From Vitrella brassicaformis CCMP3155 (lineage: Eukaryota; Protista; Chromerida): a stretch of 64,000 nt of DNA. A model generated the notes under the pieces. That model saw nothing but the letters and a program-made list of their open reading frames with translations. It did not search any database and was not told the origin of the DNA. A program made the translations under genes and the position numbers. Location of the stretch: contig CDMY01000542.1 of the NCBI GenBank assembly GCA_001179505.1, positions 286,187 through 350,186 of the forward strand, given 5' to 3'. How positions within the stretch are numbered: position 1 is the stretch's first letter; the number at the start of each line of letters is the position of its first letter. Below are positions 14,470 through 25,930 of the stretch, in pieces.

Positions 14470-15571
14470 ATGCCATCTGGGCGCAACCGGCACCCGCTCC
14501 TGGACACCGCTCTGCACATCGTCAAGGCAAGCAACAGACAGGACAAGACAATCAATCGACACACACACACTCAGTTGACAGAAGACAAGATCACATCGCA
14601 AAACAGCCGGCAAAGTGCGTGTGTGTGTTTGATGCACACGACTGACATGCGGTGGGATGCATGCATCACTCAATGAATCAATCCATCAGGGCGCACTTGT
14701 GGTGGCGCTGCGCATCCCGACGGCCAGGTCCACCAAGAGTGTCGACTTCAAGGCAAGCAAGATGTGATCTACTGCTGCACTTTGAGTGTCACTTACAATG
14801 CGTGTCGTGTGTCACGACGACAGAAGGGCCTTCCATTGCGTGGCGCCATCACCGTTGGGCCCGTGACGAGCGAACCAAACGAAGAGGACAAGTACTGACG
14901 AGTATCCATTGGTGTCTGTGTGTCTGTGTGTGTATATATGTGTGTGTGTGTGTGGCTTTGCAGGCGGCGCATTCAAGAGCTCGTCAACGACAAGGTACCT
15001 CTGCGTGTGTGTGGGCTGAGTGATTGTGCGCCTATGTCTGTCGATGCATTGTCCATTCTCTCTCTGTATGTGTATGTGTGTGTGTGTGTGTAGGTGGCGG
15101 CCAATGTGCCCATCCGTGTCTTCGCCGTGGCTCGGCAGCTCGCCGAGACCACTTACGGCGAGGTGAACCACACACATGGACACACACACACACACACACA
15201 GATGTATGGGACGGACAGACACTCATTGCGTGTGCGTGCATTGTACCCACCAGGCCATGTACGACGACTTCGGAGTTCCCAAGAGCGTCACCGAGTCAGC
15301 ACACACACACACACACACAGACCCACCCACACACATACACACATACACACACATACACAGCTATGCCCTCTCTCTCTCTCTTTGTGTGTGTGTGTGTGTG
15401 TCAGGCTGCGTCTGGTGTTCATCGAGAAGTGGAACATCAACGCCAACATTTTCCCGGTGGCGCAATCGACCGGCGCGTGTGGGCGGATTGACATCACCAA
15501 GTGGAAACACAACAGCAACAAAAACAGCGTATGTGTCACATCACAGCAGACAGTGTATCGGTGCATCTGAA

Positions 15572-15605
<34 letters not shown>

Positions 15606-18349
15606 TTTGTGTGTGTGTGCAGCTTGAGGTGTCCTTCGACCTGACGCCCACCGAGGCATACACTGACGAGCAGAAGTAAGCGCAGATCCATCCATCCACT
15701 CGATCTCTGCACGGTGCCATTCGTGTGTCAATGTGTGCAGCGTGCCGCTCGCGACGGAGGAGGCGCTCGCGAACGACCAGGTTCCTGCGAGAGAGATGGT
15801 ACACACACACAGCCACCCACACAGACACAGACACACACACACACACAGAGGTCTGTCCATCCATGTGTGTGTGTGTGTGTGTGCAGGTGCTTCCCCCTGC
15901 TGATGTGGCCGGCACACATGGCACTGACGAGGCCACTGGTACACTCACACACACCCAAAGCCACCCACCCACCCACCCACCCACCCACGGTGGCATGCAT
16001 GTCCTGTGTGCTGTTTGCCTTGTTTCGCAGAGACCAACGGCAATCCGCAGAACAGCCAGCAGCACCAGCAGCAGCACGACCCAGAGGGCAATCCCACTGG
16101 CGGCGGCCAGAGGGTACTCTCCTTTTACTCACACACAATGACATCCATCCAGACATCCATCCATCCATATCTCTGTGTGTGTGTGTGTGTGTGCGCAGGT
16201 GACTCCCTGGGAGGTGGAGGCCGACGAGGAGACCGGCATCGACTATGACAAACTCATGTAGACACACCCCCATCCCTCAATCCACCCATCCACAACCATA
16301 TCGCTTTCTCTCTCTCTGTCTGTGTCTGTGTCTGTCCGTCTGTCTGTCTGTGCAGCATTCAGTTCGGCTGCTCCAAGATCACCGAAGACCACATCTCACG
16401 GCACGCACACACGACACCCACACAGAGCACACCCAGAACACACCCATGTGTGCACATATGTGTGTGCAGGATAGAGCGGCTCACCAAGCAGAGGGCGCAC
16501 CGGTTCCTGCGGCGAGGGCTGTTCTTCTCCCACCGTGACTTGGACATGCTGCTCAATGCATACGAGCAGGGGGAGCCCTTCTACTTATACACAGGTGCCC
16601 ACACACACACAGGATGAGATGGAGAGAGAGAGAGATGGAGAGAGAGAGATTGATGGGTCTGTCTGCAGGGAGGGGACCGTCGAGCGAGGCGCTGCACCTG
16701 GGCCATCTGGTGCCCTTCTGGTTCACAAAGTGGCTGCAGGTACCTCCCCACCCCTGGACACACACAGACAGACAGACAGACACACAGACAGCAGATGCTC
16801 ATATGGTGTGTGGATGCCTGCCTCTGTATACGTCTGTGTGGGTGCAGGACGCCTTCAACGTGCCTCTGGTGATCCAGCTGACCGACGATGAGAAGTTCCT
16901 GTTCAAGGAAAACCTCACCGTAGAGGTCAGCAAGCCCCCCCTCCCTCCCCCCACTCCACACACACGCACTCTCAGACATTTGGATGGGGTGTGTGTGTGT
17001 GTGTGTGTAGGAGTGCAAGCGCCTTGCGTACGAGAACGCCAAGGACATTTTGGCGATCGGTTTTGACAAGGACAAGACCTTCATCTTCTCTGATCTGGAC
17101 TATATCCAGGTACACACACACACGCACACACAGAGAGAGAGAGAGAGAGATCCCCCTACCCCTTTCCATCCATCCATCCATCCATCCATGTGTGTGTGTG
17201 TGTGTGCAGACAATGTACCCCCTGGTGCTGCAGATTCAGAAGAAGGTCACCTACAATCAGTCGCGTGGCATCTTCGGCTTCACCGAAAGCGACAACATCG
17301 GCAAGAGCGCATTCCCCGCTGTACAGGTGAGCTACTCAGCCACATCTGTGCACCTCTACACACCGCATGTGTGTGTGTGTGAAGGCTGCTCCCGCATTTC
17401 CTGCCTGCTTCCCAGCGATGTTTGGCAATCGAAAAGACATCATGTGCCTCATCCCACAGGTCAGTCAGCGCACTCCCACACGGCCCCAGAAATGTGTGTG
17501 TGGAAATGTGTGTGTGCGTGTGTGTAGGCGATAGATCAGGACCCCTACTTCAGGATGACGCGCGACGTGGCCCCTCGGCTGGGCTTCAACAAGCCCGCCC
17601 TCATTCACAGCCGATTCGTCCCCGCACTCCAGGGCAACCAGACCAAGATGGCCGGCTCGCAGGCACACACCATGCACACACCCAACCACACCACACACAT
17701 GGATGCCTCTGTATGTGTGTATGTCTCTGTGGCCGGCGTGTGTCGTGCAGGTGGCGAGTTCCATCTTCGTGACGGACACGCCGAAGGAGATCAAGACCAA
17801 GATCAACAAATACGCCTTCTCGGGCGGCAGGGCGACCGTTGAGGAGCACAGAGAACTCGGTGCGCAAACACCCCCAACACCCGCGCACACACACATGGAT
17901 GAATGGATGGATGGACCCGTGTGTGTGGTGTAGGTGCCGATCTGTCGGTGGATGTCTCGTACCAGTATCTGACCTATCTGATGGAGGACGACCAGGAGCT
18001 CAAGAGAATCGGCGACGACTACGCCGCGGGGCGGCTGCTGACGGTATGAGTGTGTTGCTCGACGCAACACACACATCCCCACGAGCATCTGTCTCTGTCT
18101 CTCTGTCTGCCTACGTGTGTGTGTCGGCAGGGTGAGGTCAAGCAGAAGCTGGTGGACGTGCTGCAGCCCATCATCAAGGCTCATCAGGTGCGCACACACG
18201 CAGAGAGAGAAATACACATCAACCGACCTATCCACCCACCGGCCGGCGTGTGTGTGTGATGTGTGTAGGACGCGCGTGCGAAGATCACTGACGAGGACGT
18301 CCGGTCCTTCATGGACCCCACTCGCTTCGAGGGCAAGAAGCTCATCTAG
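14470..18349 (+). CDS. WARS: Cytosolic (eukaryote-type) tryptophanyl-tRNA synthetase with an N-terminal AlaX-like domain
   Basis: [46 protein letters not shown] (HIGH motif), [46 protein letters not shown]. Stop TAG at 18347-18349. N-terminal exons splice in frame from ATG 14470. Confidence 0.97.
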
Positions 18350-18849
18350 AGCTGATGAAGTGGTGTGCGTGCCTTCTTTCTTTCCATGATGCGCCCGCCC
18401 CATGTGTGTGCCAGAGTGGCGATCATTGCATGCCCTGCTGTGCAGACAGACAGACAGACACACACACAGACATTTGAGAGATCGATGTGTATGTGGTGTC
18501 TTGAGAATTAAGCACTTTCTTCTGTTTTTAGAAACACAAAACCTCTGCATCGCAACGAGACGGACCAAGACAGACGTGTCAAATGGCTGTCGACAGTGGC
18601 TTATGAGTTATGAATGTGGTGTTCCTTTCGAACGCAATGAGAAATATCCGCCCACAATCTGTCAGAGCGGACAAAGAAGGGGGACGGCTGTGGGGGGAAG
18701 ATGCGTTAGTCTGTCGGTCTCTCATGAAATGAACTACTGTGTCAACATCGACCAACTCTCAATCACACGACAAACATGCCAGCACCGTCCTCAGCGCCCG
18801 CCTGGCGTATAGTCTTCTGCCAGTGGAGCCGCCCACCACGCACACACGT

Positions 18850-19200
18850 ACTCCCACACAGAGACAACCGAGAACGGACCCACCCCATGCACATACGACT
18901 TGTCTGCCCATGCAGCCTGATGGTGGCCGCACCTTCTCAACCAGGCGGCTGAAAGAACCACTGGCCTCTCTGCCCCACACACCGTCCACCGTGGCACACA
19001 AAGGGGTGAAGTGGATGGACTTGTCCTCGCACACACGGCTGTGGTCAGATGGTGAGGTAGGAAGACGCGTCAGCATTTGTCACGCAGAGGTCAAACGACA
19101 TGTCCTTCTGCCGCTCCGTCCGCACCCCCTTCTCCTCCTCGAGCTCAGCGATCACCGCCTCCTTGACCGCCTCCTTTCCGACCGCCGACTCGCCGTCGTC
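18850..19200 (-). mobile_element. Degenerate 3' fragment of an RLE-type (CRE-like) non-LTR retrotransposon
   Basis: Frameshifted and deleted remnants VKEAVIAELEEEKGVR...FDLCVTNADASSYL*, CEDKSIHFTPLCATVDGVWGREAS...RLVEK and GWVRSRLSL. These are collinear with the better-preserved copy at 38-39 kb (FDICITDADAPSF, WIRSRLS). Confidence 0.75.
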
Positions 19201-19323
19201 GGTCAGTCGGTCCAGTTCCCTCCCTACTCGGAGGTCGCCTCCTGTGCTATGCCATCGACTTGCGCAGCGACGTCCTGATGCCTGACCAATCGCGCACACA
19301 AACACACCGGCAGACGCACGCCC

Positions 19324-19698
19324 TCACCAGACGAGATGAGCACGGAAGCTGCAGCTGCAGCTGATCTTCTTCATCCTTGCGCACCTGGGAGGGAGATCAC
19401 CGTGCTTGCGCGCAACGTCCTCGAACACACGGAGGAAGGCGTCCTTGTCGTTCACCGTGAAGTCGTCGGTGACGTACTTCTCGAGGGCACGATACTCCTT
19501 CCGCGTGAACTTGTGCAGGTCGTAGTGAGCCAGAATTTCCTTCTTGTCATCGTCGGCGTCCTCCTGCTGGTCACCGAGGACAGCGGCCACGATGTGGAAT
19601 CGCTTCTCGCTACAGCACCAGTGCCGAGTCGGGCAGAGGCCGACGTGGGTTAGCGCAATCCTCAAATACTCAATCGGTGGCATGGAGCCGACGTCCAT
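19324..19698 (-). CDS. Small hypothetical ORF (124 aa)
   Basis: Microsatellite-free ORF with coding-like codon use (EILAHYDLHKFTRKEYRALEKYVTDDF). No family recognised. Confidence 0.4.
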   Translation of the reverse strand: MDVGSMPPIEYLRIALTHVGLCPTRHWCCSEKRFHIVAAVLGDQQEDADDDKKEILAHYDLHKFTRKEYRALEKYVTDDFTVNDKDAFLRVFEDVARKHGDLPPRCARMKKISCSCSFRAHLVW

Positions 19699-19818
19699 TT
19701 CTACACCTTTCAGGGAGGATGTCGTTTAACCTTGACGCTGATGAATGCGATCGCGCTCGGACAAAGCTCGCACCTTCCCCCCCTTCGAAGAAAAGCGCCG
19801 CGATATCTGTGTCCATCA

Positions 19819-20604
19819 ATGGGTGCGTGCTGCGGGAAGCCGCCTCCCCCACCCAAAAAAGACGAAGAACCCCAGGACAACAAAGGCCAAGAGGATGGCA
19901 CATGGGCGTCTCCCCCACCAGCCGCCAGCGCCACGAAGCCCCCCACGGCCAAGGTACAGGCGATGGACGAGCATGCCGGTGACGAGGGCATGATTGCTCC
20001 CGGCGATAATGAGATGGAGAAAGAGGGAGCGGGAGAGGGAGAGGGAGACGGGGGAGAGTCACGAGCCGCTGACGAGACCGGGGAAGAAGCTGGGGAAGAG
20101 ACTGGGGATGCCGCTGCTGTCGCTGTGAATGTGAGTAGGCATGCATCCACACGAGGCAAGCAGAAAGACCCACGTGTGGGGATGGGATGTGTGCATGTGT
20201 GGCAGGGCGAGCCGGAGACCCATGCTGACGGGGAGGGGGAGGGCGGAGAAGAGACGCACAAGGAAGACCACCACGATGATGCGACAAAGGAACAGCCAGA
20301 CCAACACGAGCAACACGAGCACGGAGAAGAGCAGGTCCGCATTCATGAGCCAACCATCCAATCGATGATTCTCCACGCCTTGTCTGCAGGCGGTTGTGCA
20401 GCATCAGGCGAAGGGCATGAGTTTGTCTCGCCGCATCATCTTCGGCATCAGTCAGCGGCTGAGTCGCCGCAAGCAGCCGAGGCAGTGCCGCCGGTGCGAC
20501 GCCTGCAGGGAGGAGAAACCCAAGTCGTCCCGACGCATTATCTGGCCCGGCAAGTGGCGGGGCAAACAGAGGGGGGCGCAATAAAAAAATGGATATGGGC
20601 GTGA
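19819..20604 (+). CDS. Acidic low-complexity protein with an N-terminal myristoylation/palmitoylation-like motif
   Basis: ATG 19819 gives MGACCGKPPPPPKKDEEP followed by an E/D/G-rich body. Probable introns start at about 20131 and 20335, so the 3' end (20584 or 20604) is uncertain. Confidence 0.5.
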   Translation: MGACCGKPPPPPKKDEEPQDNKGQEDGTWASPPPAASATKPPTAKVQAMDEHAGDEGMIAPGDNEMEKEGAGEGEGDGGESRAADETGEEAGEETGDAAAVAVNVSRHASTRGKQKDPRVGMGCVHVWQGEPETHADGEGEGGEETHKEDHHDDATKEQPDQHEQHEHGEEQVRIHEPTIQSMILHALSAGGCAASGEGHEFVSPHHLRHQSAAESPQAAEAVPPVRRLQGGETQVVPTHYLARQVAGQTEGGAIKKWIWA

Positions 20605-21075
20605 AGCGAATGGTTGAGAGGGGCGGGCGCATGGTGAGCTGTGGTGACGGAGACGGACACACACACACAGAGAGAGAGAGAGAGGGAGAGAGAGGGAGAG
20701 AGAGAGACGAGATGGGGAATGGAAAGACATGGATGTGGGTGTCTGTCCGGTGTGACATCTGTACATTCATCCAGACTGAGCCGTCGACGGTCCACTGCTC
20801 AATAATCGAAAGGATGGTTCACATACACATCACACAGGCAGCCGACCAGCAATCCATCGCACACAGACAGACAGACAGACGTCATCGATAGACAAAGGCA
20901 TTCCACCCACCCACCCCTTCATCCACTCATCCATCCCGTCAAGCCCAATGGCATTCCACCCATTCCTGCCTGCAACCCTGGCTATAAGTGGCACCCTCCC
21001 CCCATCCACACACACGCCCCATACAAACCCCCATCCATCCATCCATCCATCAGTAGGTAGGTTGCTATCTGTACA

Positions 21076-22739
21076 CTATGTACCGCCTCTCTGTCCGCCA
21101 CGACCGCCACGACCACCACGCCCACGCCCACGCCATGGGACGATGCGCCGCTGCGGCCAATAGGGATTGCCGCCAGCAAGACCACCCAAGAACGGGTCAG
21201 CACCGCCAGCAGCAGCAGCAGCAGCAGCATACGGGTTAGCGCCTCCAAAATTCGGCACGTTCATCTGTGGACCCATGTTCATCTCCGCACCCTTCCTGCA
21301 CAAACCAACGAGAAAGAGAGAGAGCAAAGGGATGATGGATGCTATCTGTCTCTGGGTGGGTGGGTGTGCGATAAGTTGCGTACCCGCCTCGGCGGAACAT
21401 GAAGTGCTTGCCGCATCTGCAGGCGATGTGGTCGCAGCCACCGTTCTTCTCCACCACAGCCCCGCACTCAGGACACACACACGACCCAGCACGCTGCACG
21501 ACCGAGCCATTGACACACACCAGAACGCACATCGATTTGGGCGCCGATTGATGCGTCGGAGCACTCACCTTTTGGTACTTCTTGAATGCCTCCTCGTTTT
21601 GCTTGAAGTGCGGGTCTTGGGTGGACTTGGCCTCCTCACAGGTCTTGCCGTCGTGCACCTTGCTCCCACACAGCAGACACCTGCACGACGCACACGCACA
21701 CACACAAATGCCATCCACCCATCTTTGTATGTGCGTCATTGGGTGTCTGTGGGTGTGGCATTCACGCGTACAGCTTGCTGCATTTGGGACAAGGGAACCC
21801 CGTGCGCAACGCGCTAGTGTCGTTGCCGACCAACGCACGATAGCCACAGTCAGGCCAACCTGACCCCAACACACACACACACACACACACATCAGGTCCA
21901 TCCATCCATCCACCCGAACACGCACCATCCACTTCTTTCTTTCTGTCTGTCGTACCACAGACTTTGGTGCCCTGCATCTTCTCGATCATGTATGCGTCGT
22001 ACTTCTCCATGTCCTCCTCGTCTATGAGCATCTGCAGGTCCGCTGCACCCAGCTGCGTGCGGCACTGCTTCTCACCCCCCTCTGCCGACCGTACCAGTGC
22101 TGGACAGTAGAAGGGCACCTGATCGCATCGCAGCGCATCAGCACAGAAACAGAGATAGATGGCTGACGTGTGTGTGTGTCTGTGTGTCTGTGTGTGGTCT
22201 ATGGTGTGTACCTGCCGCTCGCTGAGCTGATGCTTGACGTAGTCGCTAAGACACTCGAAGTGGTGCATGCACTCACAGTTCAGCAGACGCAGGCACCTGC
22301 ATCACCATGACACACCATACACACCACACACCACCACATGCCGAGCGTGTCAGTGTGCTTGCGGCTCCTTCTCAGTGTCGAAGGCTTCCAGGCAGACGAA
22401 GCACTTCTTGTCCGCAACGGGCCCAGCTGCCGCTGCCGCTGAAGCGAGCGTGTGTCCGGTGATGAGCACCTCGTCATCGTCATCGTCATCATCAATGACT
22501 ATCTCGCCTCCTGCCGCTGATGCTGATGCTGCAGCACTGGCACCCTGCTCTTTCTTGAGGGCCTTGCGTGGCTTGTGCACCCCTCGCTGCAGCTGCTTCT
22601 CGGGAACGGCCGCTGCAAAGGCAGACTCTGAGGCAGAGGGAGCGCCAGCAGAAGCAGACTCGTGGTTCTGCTTTCGTTTCTGGTAGTCATCCTGCCGCTT
22701 GCGGCGATACTCCATCAGCTGCGGATCCAGCCCAGCCAT
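21076..22739 (-). CDS. RBR-family (RING1-IBR-RING2) E3 ubiquitin ligase with an RGG-rich C-terminus
   Basis: RING1: CFVCLEAF...CECMHHFECLSDY...CP. IBR: PDCGYRAL...FPCPKC...CLLCGSKVHDGKTC. RING2: CPECGAVVEKNGGCDHIACRCGKHF. The C-terminus is [19 protein letters not shown]. Confidence 0.9.
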
Positions 22740-22854
22740 TTTGCGATGAAAAACAGGCAAATCAACGACCAAACGGCGCGAGCTTCAAAAGATGGGTTTC
22801 GTGAGCTTTGTGACCCCAACAATCAACTTTTGCAATACAGGGTAAAAGGGACAA

Positions 22855-23402
22855 ATGTCGAAGGCGCCTGATGCCCCTGCAGTGCCTGGCGAGGGCGAAA
22901 AGGAAGACGACACATTCGAGGACGAAGATGAGTTCGAGGAGTTTGAAGATCAAGGTCAGTCAACACGAAGCGCGGACAGGAGAGGCACACGCAGTCAACA
23001 GGCAGGCAGGCAGGCAGGCACCGGAGAATCTGATGCGTCCAAAACACGGCCGACACAGTTTGTGGATTCGTGTGTGTTTTGTGTGTGATTCGTCCAGAGT
23101 GGGACGACAAGGACGACAATGGAGGCGACGACGCACAGTGGGAGTCCGGCTGGGCCGAACAGGGTGAGTCAGCGACGCATACATACACACAGACAGGCAG
23201 ACAGGCAGACAGATACAGGAGGCAGGCGATGCTGCTCACTCACCCATGGGATCTCTCTCTCTCTCTCTGTGTGTGTGTTTGATGGCCAGGCTGGGACGAT
23301 GAAGATCTCAACGACGAGTTCACGAAGCGTCTGAAAGAGGAGCTCGAGAAATACGCCAGACAACACACACAGCCCCAGCAACAGCAACAACAGCAACAGT
23401 GA
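22855..23402 (+). CDS. SEM1: SEM1/DSS1 (26S proteasome lid / TREX-2 / BRCA2 partner), 4 exons
   Basis: FEDEDEFEEFEDQ|EWDDKDD...QWESGWAEQ|GWDDEDLNDEFTKRLKEEL matches the DSS1 signature (EDDEFEEF...W...WDDD..DDF...L..EL). Confidence 0.9.
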
Positions 23403-24137
23403 TCCCTGACCCCCTTCAACCGGTGTGTTGTGTTGTTCGTCTGATTTCAGCTGATATGTCTGATGTGACTCTGGCTGCGTGTCTGGTGTGTTCTCGTCGG
23501 CTCGTCATCTGATTGTGCATGTATCTCGAGTATGTGTCGTGATGCATGCCTGCTCGAGAAAGATGCACGGTCGACGGATGGGTGAAGCCAACAAGGGCAG
23601 CCAGATACGAACATGCTGGAAGTGACTGACTGATGCCTGGGTGCATGTCTGTCTGCATACATTTGAGAGGCTCTTTCGCAGTGGCGGCGTTCTTGGTTTT
23701 GTTCGTTCTGCCCGTGCGGTGAAGCCATTGGTGGCTGGGGAGCCAACTCCCGGCCACCAGAGGCTACAGGCAGCGGCACGACGAACAGACAAAAGGATGC
23801 TGCGGTGTGTGGCTGGCAGAGCGGACAGATTTGACGTGACGCAGGGCATGCTCCATCTCAGTCAAACCATCTGACATCTACGGATGGAGTCGTCACGGAT
23901 GCAGCACAGTGCCACAGATCAGCACACGTGAGAACCTGTGACAAGGTCTTACCTCAGATCTTGGCAAAATCGCATTCTGGCAGTTCATTCAGCATTCGTG
24001 AGGCTATCTGCGGCACTACCAGCGCTGTCAGCACTGCAGAGCACGAAAAACGCCCCGCGACGGTACATGCATGCATCACGCGAACCCCCACTTCCCCCCC
24101 GTCTTCCGCCGCGTCTTCCAGTGCGGCGCGTCTTCAA

Positions 24138-25679
24138 ATGTTCTCGTTGCTTTGGCTCCCTCTTGCCGCGGCTCTTGTTGCCGCGTGTGAGACAAAGGCC
24201 CTCCCCCTCCCCCTGACCCTCGCCACACACAATGCCTCCATCGGCAGTCTCTCTGTCAGTGCAGACACAACCGCCTCCGGATCCCTGCGTCAGGTGGATG
24301 TGTGCGGCAACCTGGTGGAGAGCCCGATGCTCGTCGCAGCCTTCAAAATCGCCGCACGCCATGGTGTGGACGTCGCTCCCGTCGCGGATCCCATTCTCGT
24401 GAGTGCCGGTGAAAGACAGACACACACGCACGGCGCCCATAGAGGCCGGCCGGTCTCTCTCTCTCTCTCTTTCTGTTCGTGTGTGTGTGTTTTTTTGAAG
24501 GCCTTTCGTTATTTCAGCAAGGAGCAGATGGATGTGGTCGAAGAACAAGTGAACACATACCTGACGGCGGCAAAAGAAGGCCTCTTCACCGACAAAGAGA
24601 GGGCAAAAGCATATTTGTGGGCAGAGAGGATCCGCTCTGCAATGGACGAAATACAGCGGCTGGCCAACCCCGAGAAGAAGGAGATTTGTTTGCGTGATTG
24701 GCACCGTTCTGATGAGACAGCCTGTCCCCCAGCCATGCCGCAGCTGTGCGCTTTCGGGTATGAGTGCGCCAGCAGCGCTATCCAGTGCGCAAAATACCAA
24801 TTCATATCTGGGGTAACAAATGGCGCGAGTAGACAGACGGACACACCGCACATGTGTCTCATTTCTGTGTCAGCTTGAGACGATCGGCGCGCCTCTGTAC
24901 CTTCTGGGGTGGCTGACGGCCAACCCCACCTTTGTCGGCGCTTCCCGCGTGGCCGGGACCGGCTCCTTTTTCCTGAAGCACAAGGCTCTTTTCTTCGAGT
25001 ATGCCTCAATCAGCCAGCAGGTGCAGGACGACCTCGAGGTGAAGGGAAAGCTCGACAAAGAGACGGCCACAAAGGTGGCCTCGCTGGCGTGGCTGGGCTG
25101 GTTCGTCAAGCAGGGCATGAACGTGTATCAGAACCTTCTCTGGATACGCGGCAACGTACCGGGGTAAGCGCACCAATCAAGAAGGATGGATCCACAGCCA
25201 CCGGTGACGTTTTTGGTCTCAGGAACCCAGTCATGGGCATGACGATGTACGATTGGTACAGCAGGTGGGGCGGCTACGTGTGGAGGTACCTCTCTGGCGG
25301 GCTCGAGCGGGCCTGCACCCTGCTGAAGGAACACTTGCTCTCCCACTTCCTCACCGCCACCTTTGACGAGCAGCAAGACAACACCCAAGAGCAGCAGGAG
25401 AGAGACGGAGAGGGAGAGGGAGAGGAAGAACCGGAGACAGACAAAGAGACGGAGGAAGAGAGAAAAAGAAGGGGATCGTTTTGGGCCAAACTCTTCAGTC
25501 GAAAAGAGTGCGACTACACTGGCAGGCCAGAGACTCCGCTTGACGAGGCGTGTGAGCTGACCGGGCTGGTGCAGGCGAAGCAAGACATCATACGCGTCGA
25601 GAAGCGCGTGCAGGAGAGGAAGGAGAAAAGGCGACGCAAGAAAAGGGGAAGGAGAGGGAAGAAGAGGGACGGGCGATGA
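24138..25679 (+). CDS. Secreted hypothetical protein with a Cys-rich module and a highly basic C-terminal tail
   Basis: Signal-peptide-like start MFSLLWLPLAAALVAACETKA, then CPPAMPQLCAFGYECASSAIQC, long open exons, and a C-terminus RKEKRRRKKRGRRGKKRDGR*. Confidence 0.7.
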
Positions 25680-25930
25680 TCGATGTGATCGATGTGACGG
25701 ATGGACGGATGGATGTGGCTGCGTGGTTGGTGTGAGAGACATGGCTTGTGGTTTATGGTCAAGGCCGGCTCTGTGTGTGGCATGATCGCTTTCAATGTCC
25801 GCCTTCTGTCGTCAAGTGTGGGTCAGTAAGTCTCCATATCTATCCATCCATCCCTCCATCACAAATGTCCCCCACCCCCATCCATCCATCCGCCCACCCA
25901 TGAACACATCTCAGGCAGACATCAGACATG

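Noticed and set aside
14569-14610. Possible extra cassette exon ([13 protein letters not shown]) in TrpRS intron 1
   Set aside because: At 40 nt it would shift the frame of the AlaX-like domain, and there is no support without RNA data.
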